DNA of 58,313 nucleotides from a virus (taxonomy: Duplodnaviria > Caudoviricetes), in the IMG/VR virus record IMGVR_UViG_3300048851_000052, positions 1-58,313 of that record. One strand, given 5' to 3'. Position numbers and translations under genes: made by a program. Shown here in pieces: positions 37,364-45,300 of the stretch (positions are counted from its first letter, which is position 1; each line of letters starts with the position of its first letter). Under the pieces are notes generated by a model. The model had not been told where the DNA came from, ran no database searches, and was given only the letters and a program-made list of their open reading frames with translations.

Positions 37364-37840
37364 ATGGACAGAGTCGATGGGCGTACCTATTTTGAAGCAA
37401 ATGGCGATCTTTGCTACGGCTCAAGGTATTACCATCTTCAGGCCCGCCTCTTCGGGAAAATTGATGCCTTGTTCAAGCTGATCAGTGTGGTTGCTGGTAG
37501 CTCAGCATTTGCGGGCTTTCTATCAGGCAGTCCTAAGCTTGCCGGAATCGCGGCCCTCATTACTGCAGTGATAACTGCGCTGGATGTGGTTTGGGCTCCA
37601 GGGGGTAAGCACTTCATCTGCTCGGACTTAGCGAAGCGATACACGGCGGTTGAGCGAAAAGGAAGGAAGCTTTCCCTGGAAGATTTGGACGATGAAATCT
37701 GGACTCTGAGAGAAGTGGAGGCTCCTTCCATAGAGGCGCTACGCATTCCTGCCTACAATGATTCGGTCGTCGAGCGAGGGTTGCCGTCCTACCAGCTACC
37801 CACCACCTGGTGGCAGCGAATGATGGCAGCGCTGGCCTGA
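37364..37840 (+). CDS. SLATT-like two-TM protein
   Basis: YYH..., two TM helices, then H....KRY..V helical tail. Confidence 0.65.
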   Translation: MDRVDGRTYFEANGDLCYGSRYYHLQARLFGKIDALFKLISVVAGSSAFAGFLSGSPKLAGIAALITAVITALDVVWAPGGKHFICSDLAKRYTAVERKGRKLSLEDLDDEIWTLREVEAPSIEALRIPAYNDSVVERGLPSYQLPTTWWQRMMAALA

Positions 37841-37851
37841 TTGAGCGACAT

Positions 37852-37876
37852 AAAGAAGCCCGCTGATGCGGGCTTT
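37852..37876. terminator. Bidirectional terminator
   Basis: AAGCCCGC/GCGGGCTT between convergent genes. Confidence 0.7.
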
Positions 37877-37889
37877 GCTCTGCCATGTT

Positions 37890-38165
37890 TCAGTCAAGGA
37901 GTCCTCTCTTCCTATCAATGCCTTCCTTTGTGATTCGCATTGTGTCGGCGAGAACATCCTTAAACGACTCTACCCCGTCCGGCCCCAAAAATTGAACACA
38001 GTCTTCGTCCTCAGAGATCGACCCGAGCAGGTCGTGCAAAACTATTGCCTCCTCTATGGATGCCTGATGAATAGACGCCAGTGCGAGAGCTTGCACTACG
38101 CGCAGCAGTCCCTCATTGATGCCGCGCTGGGCGTCCAACAGAGCTTCGAGTTCTTCATTCTGCAT
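37890..38165 (-). CDS. Hypothetical acidic protein
   Basis: AAGGAAG RBS; converges on the terminator. Confidence 0.55.
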   Translation of the reverse strand: MQNEELEALLDAQRGINEGLLRVVQALALASIHQASIEEAIVLHDLLGSISEDEDCVQFLGPDGVESFKDVLADTMRITKEGIDRKRGLLD

Positions 38166-38299
38166 TTTTAGACTTCCTTGATTAGACGGCGTCGGTGCTA
38201 TTTGGGTAAGCGTCCAATGGTGAGCATGGGGCGTGGCGTCATGCCTTAGGAGCGCCTGCGTGGCTTGGCCCCGCCGCTCAGGTCAGGGGCTGGGCTGCA

Positions 38300-38599
38300 T
38301 CAGTAGACAAAGAGGTGATAGGACTCCGGAAGATCCCTCAAATCGTCTTCGTCGGACGCGCCAATATAGATAGCCAGCCGCTCCAGATAAGCCTGATCAA
38401 TTTCGCCATAGATGACACCTGTCCGGCCTTGATTTGGGACATGCTTGTCGAGCACCTCTGGAATCCGGTACTCAAGCGCCGTTCCAGACAAAGCAACTCG
38501 CACAGCGTCGGCTACGACCATCATTTCAGCGCCTGATGCAGGTGGCGATGGTATGACCGCCATCAGTGCTGCCTCTTTCTGTCTGTTCAGTTTGCTCAT
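38300..38599 (-). CDS. Hypothetical protein
   Basis: ORF downstream of the Arc-like gene. Confidence 0.55.
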   Translation of the reverse strand: MSKLNRQKEAALMAVIPSPPASGAEMMVVADAVRVALSGTALEYRIPEVLDKHVPNQGRTGVIYGEIDQAYLERLAIYIGASDEDDLRDLPESYHLFVY

Positions 38600-38673
38600 A
38601 GGTGCTCGCTTGCTATGTAGCGTTGACGCAGTAACTGCCAAGACAGGACGCTTGCTTCAGCAAAGAGCGTCTA

Positions 38674-39108
38674 CTACTTCGGGTATTTTTTGCGCGGCTT
38701 TGGGCCTTGGGTGGTTGATTTCCTTCCCTCTACAAGCTCGAAAGCTCTGATTATCGCGCGAGTCAAAGCGTCGTCTGTGTAGTTGACGATTGTGCCGTTT
38801 CGCTTGATCACGCGAAGGCCGGACTCGTCGACTTCGTCGCCTCCATTGGCACCCGTGGAGTACGGATCCATGGACGCCATGAGCTTCTCCCTGCTTACTC
38901 CGGCAGCTGGCCTGACAGCCTGACTCTGTGCGTCGTCAGGCTCGCTCAGTCCTGGGTAAAGCATAGCCTCGTCATCCTCAACACTTTTCGCGAGGCGCGC
39001 CACTACCTCCGCAGTCAAGGATCTGCGGTTTAGCTTGGCTAACGCCTCAAGCTCGCGCTTGAGCGATGCCGGCATTCTGAAATTGACCTGCAGCTCTTCT
39101 TTGCTCAT
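38674..39108 (-). CDS. Arc/Mnt-family RHH repressor (Mnt-like, with C-terminal extension)
   Basis: QVNFRMPASLK..A..NRRSLTAEVV.RL. Confidence 0.88.
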   Translation of the reverse strand: MSKEELQVNFRMPASLKRELEALAKLNRRSLTAEVVARLAKSVEDDEAMLYPGLSEPDDAQSQAVRPAAGVSREKLMASMDPYSTGANGGDEVDESGLRVIKRNGTIVNYTDDALTRAIIRAFELVEGRKSTTQGPKPRKKYPK

Positions 39109-39146
39109 GCCGCGCATCTTGTAGCAGATTGCTATAGACGGCAACA

Positions 39147-39185
39147 AAGCAAAGTGCTTTACTGCCTACCAAGCAAAGTGCTTTA
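39147..39185. promoter_or_regulatory. Two identical 15-bp operator-like sites between divergent Arc genes
   Basis: AAGCAAAGTGCTTTA at 39147-39161 and 39171-39185, each an AAGCA-N3-TGCTT palindrome. Confidence 0.75.
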
Positions 39186-39205
39186 TCAAGACGCGTAGAG
39201 GAAGG

Positions 39206-39358
39206 ATGATGAAAAAGCCGCAATTCAATCTCAGGCTTCCAGAGGAGATCAAGCAATGGATCGAAAGCCAGGCGCAGCAAAACCACCGCTCTCAGACGGC
39301 AGAAGTCGTCTTCATGCTTGCGGCAGAAAAGAAACGGCAGGAGCAGGCGACAGCCTGA
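39206..39358 (+). CDS. Arc-family RHH repressor (50 aa)
   Basis: PQFNLRLPEEIKQWI...A..NHRSQTAEV. Confidence 0.88.
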   Translation: MMKKPQFNLRLPEEIKQWIESQAQQNHRSQTAEVVFMLAAEKKRQEQATA

Positions 39359-39422
39359 AACGAAGAAGCCCCGGCGTGCAGGCCAGGGCTTCAGGTGACA
39401 TCAATCTACTAGGAAAAACGTC

Positions 39423-40346
39423 ATGACCGATATTACCACAGCAGTATCAAATGTCATCCCCTTCGATTTTCGTGGGCATAGCGTCCGCGCTGTGACAGTC
39501 GCTGGCGAGCCATGGTTCGTTGCAGCAGATGTCTGCAAGGTCCTCGGGCAAAGCAACACCACGAAAGCCCTGTATTCTTTGGATGATGATGAACGGTCTA
39601 ACTTTAAGTTAGGGCGTCAAGGCATGGTAAATATCATCAACGAGTCAGGTCTCTACACGTTGACCCTGCGTTGCGACGACGCAATCAAGAAAGGCAGCAC
39701 GGCTCACGCCTTTCGCCGGTGGGTGTCTTCAGACGTTCTGCCGTCCATTCGCAAGAATGGCACCTATACCGACACCGCCAACAAGATGGCAACCCTGATG
39801 GGTGAGCTGATCGGTATGAATGAGCTCAACGTAATTAAGGGGCTGATTCGCGATAAATCCAAGTCGGTGCCGGTTGACCAGCGTCAAGGCTTTCAGCTGG
39901 TGATGCACAATCGTCTGCATACCCGCTTCAATGTGCCGCGCACTGATCTGATTCCTGCCAGCCAGTTCGACGCGGCGTGTAATTTCATCGGATCGTACGC
40001 GCTCAATGGTGAGTACCTGCCGTACGATAAGAAGTCCGACCGGCTCAACATCCATCTGCCAGTTCAGGCGCTCGCCGCCCGGCGCGAAGGGATGCTGATC
40101 ATACGCAACGGACAACAAGCCTGGCTGGACGTGACCCTACATGATCTGCGCGAAATCCGTGGCGACCTGACACCTCTTGAAAAAGTGCTGGACGAGTTGA
40201 AAGACGCTGGCTACGAAATCGAGGGGGCTTGGTGGGAACTGCGCACCTACCGTAACAAGCTTCGCGAATTGGCATCATTCGCGATCGGCATGAGTCGGGT
40301 AGTCGAAGAGCCGCAACGTTACGCGGTGTCGGGAGATGCAGCATGA
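39423..40346 (+). CDS. BRO-N domain antirepressor
   Basis: FDFRGHSVR..EPWFVAADVC..INESGLY..FRRWV..VLPSIRKNG. Confidence 0.9.
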   Translation: MTDITTAVSNVIPFDFRGHSVRAVTVAGEPWFVAADVCKVLGQSNTTKALYSLDDDERSNFKLGRQGMVNIINESGLYTLTLRCDDAIKKGSTAHAFRRWVSSDVLPSIRKNGTYTDTANKMATLMGELIGMNELNVIKGLIRDKSKSVPVDQRQGFQLVMHNRLHTRFNVPRTDLIPASQFDAACNFIGSYALNGEYLPYDKKSDRLNIHLPVQALAARREGMLIIRNGQQAWLDVTLHDLREIRGDLTPLEKVLDELKDAGYEIEGAWWELRTYRNKLRELASFAIGMSRVVEEPQRYAVSGDAA

Positions 40347-41002
40347 CCAATATCGTGCTTATTCAGTCTGGCGGCGAAGCGAGGGTAGACACCCGCGTTC
40401 TGGCAGTCGAGCTTGGCAACAATCATGACAACGTTATTCAGCTGCTCAAGAAATATCCGGCAGATTTTAAGGAGTTCGGAATACTCCGTTTTGAAACAGG
40501 AGTAATCAAGGGTAGAGGGCAGCCGGAGCAGTTCTCCCACCTAAATGAGGATCAGGCGTACCTGCTTCTGACCTACGTTCGCAACTCAGAAAAGGCCAGG
40601 TCGCTCAAGAAAAATCTGGTTCGTGCGTTCCGCGCGGCGCGGGACAAGGTGTCTGTCAGCGACCAGCAATATTTGCCGCTTTATCGGGAACTGCACGAAG
40701 AGGTAAAGCTTCTGGCTCACCGCGCTGAAGAATGTGGGAGCACGACGCCCGAGCGGATATTCCATATCAACGCGAACAAGGCCATCAACGCTGCGATGGG
40801 AATAGCTAGCGGCGAACGCGGCACACTCACAATCGAGCAGCGGTTACTGCTGACAAACATTCAGTTGATCTTCAAGCGGGCGCTACATGAAAGCTTGGAG
40901 GCGGGAGACACGCACCGAGAGGCTGCCGCGAAGGCTAAGGCCGCCGCACTTAATTTTGTCCAGGTAGCCGGAACTCTGATCGCCGGGAGCAAGGCTGCAT
41001 GA
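40343..41002 (+). CDS. Rha-family phage regulatory protein
   Basis: VDTRVLA..HDNVI..LNEDQAYLL..K.NLV.AF. Confidence 0.85.
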   Translation: MTNIVLIQSGGEARVDTRVLAVELGNNHDNVIQLLKKYPADFKEFGILRFETGVIKGRGQPEQFSHLNEDQAYLLLTYVRNSEKARSLKKNLVRAFRAARDKVSVSDQQYLPLYRELHEEVKLLAHRAEECGSTTPERIFHINANKAINAAMGIASGERGTLTIEQRLLLTNIQLIFKRALHESLEAGDTHREAAAKAKAAALNFVQVAGTLIAGSKAA

Positions 41003-41214
41003 CGCTCTCTATAGAAGAAATCGAAAAGTACAAGGACGACGGCGTTTTGGCCGGGCATTGCATCTGCACGCCACCCTTGGGATTGATAATCCAGGGCGTG
41101 ACCTTCTACTACAGCGAATGGGAGCGCGGCCTTGACCGTCCGGTTACGGATGCGATGGCCACTGCATGGCTTGCCGGGGTTTCGTCCTTCCTCGGCGGGA
41201 TTTATCTGGAATAA
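40999..41214 (+). CDS. Hypothetical protein
   Basis: Coupled to the Rha-family gene. Confidence 0.5.
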   Translation: MTLSIEEIEKYKDDGVLAGHCICTPPLGLIIQGVTFYYSEWERGLDRPVTDAMATAWLAGVSSFLGGIYLE

Positions 41215-41295
41215 TTGATTCTTTCGGTAAGCTTTGGCTGGGTCCGGTGGGCTATGGCAAGACAAGCTCCGACATGGGCCGCAAACGGCAAAGAT

Positions 41296-41320
41296 GGGCA
41301 CCTTCGGGTGCCTTTTCTTT
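41296..41320 (+). terminator. Intrinsic terminator
   Basis: GGCACC-TTCG-GGTGCC plus T-run. Confidence 0.75.
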
Positions 41321-41419
41321 ATCCGCATCAAAGAAGCAGCTACCTCGCCTCGGCGGGGTTTTGGCCGTTCCCCGTGGGAGGTGGTAGATTCCTGACCTTT
41401 ATAGGGGAGGGGATGCCAG

Positions 41420-41854
41420 ATGCAAAAAGATTACCTTGGTCCTGCCACTGAGGCTAAAAGGGCGGGGAAGGCAGCTGTCAAAGCGGGGCGACACGACGAT
41501 GCGTGGGGCCATTTCCACGATCAGAAGTCGCTCTATATGCAGCATGCCAGCCGCTCTGGATTCACTGCACCACAGGTGCTCGCCCTGGACTCAACAGTCC
41601 ATGTAGACCTAGCGAACATCCTTCGCCTGGAAGGCCGCGATCACGAGGCCCTGGCTCATATCCTGTATGCCGTTATTGCCCGAGCGCCTAGAGCGTCAAA
41701 GACAGATGCGCAGAAGCTGTCGACCTACTTCAGGCGCTGCAAGCTCCAGAACACAGATATTGCGGAGGTCAGTAAATTCGTATCATCCAAAAAAACCGGA
41801 GCGGACTTCCTATCAGCCCAGTCGAAAGCCAAAGAGTGGATAGCTAAGGGCTAA
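41420..41854 (+). CDS. Moron: basic helical (TPR-like) protein
   Basis: Own promoter motif and GGGGAGG RBS; LANILRLEGRDHEALAH. Confidence 0.7.
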   Translation: MQKDYLGPATEAKRAGKAAVKAGRHDDAWGHFHDQKSLYMQHASRSGFTAPQVLALDSTVHVDLANILRLEGRDHEALAHILYAVIARAPRASKTDAQKLSTYFRRCKLQNTDIAEVSKFVSSKKTGADFLSAQSKAKEWIAKG

Positions 41855-41967
41855 GTATTGCCTGTTAGCCGTCATTGGTGGCCTGCTGCGGCTGCTGATT
41901 GATACGGTTCTAGGCTGCTGCTACCAGCAAATGGTAGATTGGCGCAACCAAAAAAAGGGAGTTGTCC

Positions 41968-42264
41968 ATGGAATACCTGATTGTCTGGCTGGCGGCAGCT
42001 GGTGCTTGCGCATACTTCGCAAAACAGAAAGGCAGAAGTGCGGTTGGTTGGTTCGTGTTGGGTTTTCTGCTACCGATCATTGCCTTGGTGATCCTTTGGG
42101 TGCTGCCGTCGCTCGGGTTTGATGATGCAAAAAGCCAGGAAATCGCGCGAAAATTCGGGATCTCATCCAGATATAGGAAGTGTCCGACTTGTGCAGAATT
42201 AGTCCAGCGTGATGCGCTAAAGTGCAGGCACTGCCAAACCGACCTGCCAGCTATGACCGAATAA
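41968..42264 (+). CDS. Moron: two-TM membrane protein with C-terminal zinc ribbon
   Basis: A..KGRS..GWF.LGFL TM hairpin; CPTCAE..A.KCRHC. Confidence 0.85.
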   Translation: MEYLIVWLAAAGACAYFAKQKGRSAVGWFVLGFLLPIIALVILWVLPSLGFDDAKSQEIARKFGISSRYRKCPTCAELVQRDALKCRHCQTDLPAMTE

Positions 42265-42281
42265 TTTAACAGAACAAACAG

Positions 42282-42304
42282 AACCCGCTTCGGCGGGTTT
42301 TTTA
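42282..42304 (+). terminator. Intrinsic terminator
   Basis: AACCCGC-TTCG-GCGGGTT plus T-run. Confidence 0.85.
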
Positions 42305-42352
42305 TTACCTGCATTCCGTCAATCGAGGCGGTTTAATTGTCCGGAGAAAAGC

Positions 42353-45300
42353 ATGACCGAGACAGCGCGGCTGGTTATTGCGGTAGACAGTACTCAGGCA
42401 AAAGCAGCTTCTGTAGAGCTTGGAAGCCTAGCGCAGACCTCAAAAGCAACAGAGTCAGCAGTTCAAAAACTCGGGGCAACTGGCGGCTTTACTGCAACGG
42501 AGTTGGGAAAGGTCCAGCAAACCAGTAAGTCGACAACCACCGACCTTGGGGTCTTGGAGCGAGCGACCAGGTCTACCGACTCCGCAGTGACGAAGTTTGG
42601 CTCTACCGGCGCGTCGGCCGCGACGCAGTTAGGGAAAGTCCAGCAGTCCAGTAAGAGTGCTGCAACTAGCATGTCTGAGATGGGCTCAATCCTAAAGGCT
42701 GCTGCAGGGTTTCTTGGCGCCGCGTTCAGTGTAAAGGAGGTTGCAGCAGCGGCCGACCAGTACCAAAATCTTACAAACAGGCTACGTCTAGTTACTGAAG
42801 GCTCGGCACAGCTAGCCTCAGCTCAGGGTGCTGTATTCGAGGCCGCTCAAGCCTCGCGCCAATCGCTCGAAACCACGGCTTCCGTGTATCAGCGAATCGC
42901 TCAGAACGGCAAACAACTCGGCCTGACGTTCGCCGACGTAGCCAACATCACCGAAACCGTCGCCAAATCTGTCGCACTGAGCGGCGCAAGCGCACAAGCC
43001 GCTGACGCAGCGCTGACGCAGTTCGGCCAGGCCCTCGCATCCGGCGCTTTACGCGGTGATGAGCTGAACTCCATCATGGAGCAGACGCCTGCTCTCGCGC
43101 AGACGATTGCGCGCGGTCTCGGCGTGTCAATTGGTCAGCTCCGGGTCATGGGCGCCGAGGGCCAGCTTACCGCCGAGAAGGTCATTAAGGCGCTGACCGG
43201 CCAAAAGCAGGCCGTGGACGATCTAGCCTCAACGATGCAGGTCACTGGCGGGCAGGCTCTAACAGCATTCGGAAACTCGCTCACTCAGGCCATCGGGAAG
43301 CTGGACGAGGCAACAGGCTCAAGCAACAAGTTCGCCAATGCGGTACTGGGCATCTCGCACGCAATTGATGGCTTTAGCTCCGGGGAGTTCCTAGACTTTT
43401 TCCGCGATAACAAAGAGTCGGTGGCCGGGCTTAACAATGAGATCGGCACTACCATTGCGCGGGTGCGCGACCTGACTGCCGCCCGGGCGAAGCTTGATCC
43501 GAGTGATGCATCCGACACAACTCTCTTCAACTTCAAGTTCTACAACCGCGAAGAACTGGACGCGGAGATTGCAGGGCTCGGCAAAAAGGCCGATGCAGCC
43601 CGCGAAATTATCGCAAAAATGAAGAAAGACGCTGCCGGTATCCAAGCGCAGTCGCCAAAAGGTGACGCGGCGGGCTCGGCCGTGAACGCGGCGTACGAGA
43701 AGGAATTAAAAAACCTTCAGAAAATGGCTGCATTGCAAGGCGACAACACCGAGCTAGCCAAGACACGCTACGCAATCGAGCACGGCGAACTTGGTAAGCT
43801 TCTGCCCGCTCAGGAAGAGCTGCTTCTCAAGTACGCGCGCGAAAAGGATGCGAAAGCTGCGGCGGAGGCGGCCGCCAAAAAATATGGATCAGCAGCAGAG
43901 AAAGCGGGTAATCAAGAAGCTAAGGCGCTCGAATCTCTTCTCTCTCAATCGTCCATTACCACCACCGCAACGAATTCGATGGCCGACGCCTATCTGGCCG
44001 GTGCCGACAACGTTCGCGAGCTGACCATTCAGCAGAAGATTGAGCAGGAACTGCTCAAGACTGGCGCCGGCGCAAGAGATGCCGTGACCGCCGCTGTCAA
44101 CCGCGAGGCTGACGCCAAGGATCGGCTAGACGTAGATCAGGCCATTGCAAGTCTGCGGGTTGAGAACACCAACACGCTAGCCCAGGCGACGGCAACGCTT
44201 CAGGGCGCGTCGGCCCTGGAGACGTTCAACATCCAGAAGTCTATGAATATTGCCTTGGCCGGCAAAAAGATAGACATCGGCTCAAAAGAATACGAGCAGC
44301 TCCTAGAGCAAACTCGCGCCCAACTCGACGCCAACAAGGCGCTGAAGGAGGCGGGCCAGGTCGAGGGGATCGTTGATCGACTGAACCCGCAGGCCAAGCT
44401 GCTGAAGGATTTCACTACCGAGCAGGACGCGCTCAACGCTGCCATCGCTCGTTATCCAGAAAACGCCGCGCTGTATCAGGATGCCCTGTCGAAGCTAGGA
44501 AAAGAGTATGAGATAAACCGAAACAAGGCCACGCTTTGGGGGCAGTTCACCGAAGGTGCGATTGACCGCATCGATGAAGCATTCGCAGACATGTGGAAGT
44601 CCGTCCTAAGCAAGTCCGGCAATTTCATGGATACGCTCAAGGACAGCTTCCGGCAATTCCTTGCTGAAATGCTGCACATGGCGATCACCAAGCCGATTAT
44701 TGTGCAGATTGGTAGCGCTCTAGGCGTTGGCGGCCTAGAGGCTAGCCAGCAAGGCGGAGGGTTGCTGTCTGGGCTTACCGGCGGCGGCGGTGGCGGCATC
44801 ATGTCTTACCTGAATACCGCCAAGAACGTCATGTCAGCGGCCGGCAGCAGCTTCGGTCAGTCGATCCTGTCAGGGTGGACAAGCGGTGATGGTCTTGTGG
44901 GTGGCTTGCAGGGCGCCTTCACGAACGGTGCTGACTATCTCGGTAGCGCAATCACCAGCGCGTTTGCTTCCGGCTCAACAACTGCTGCCCAGGTGGCAGG
45001 TAACTTTGCAGCCTCCACCACGCCTGCGACTGTCGATCTTATCGGTAATACCGTCAGCGTCGGCGGGCAAACGGTCGGCACGGCATCAGGGCTGACAACA
45101 TCCTCTGCCGCGTCCAGCCTGTCGAGCCTTACCACTGCCCTGAGTTATGTCGGGGCGGTCTATTCGGTCATCCAGTCCTACCAGGACTACGGGATCAAGG
45201 GCGCCGCTACTACTGCAGGCTTTGCAGCGGCAGGCGCAGCAATTGGCTCGGTCGTGCCGGTCATTGGTACAGCGTTGGGCGCGGCAATCGGTGCTGTTAT

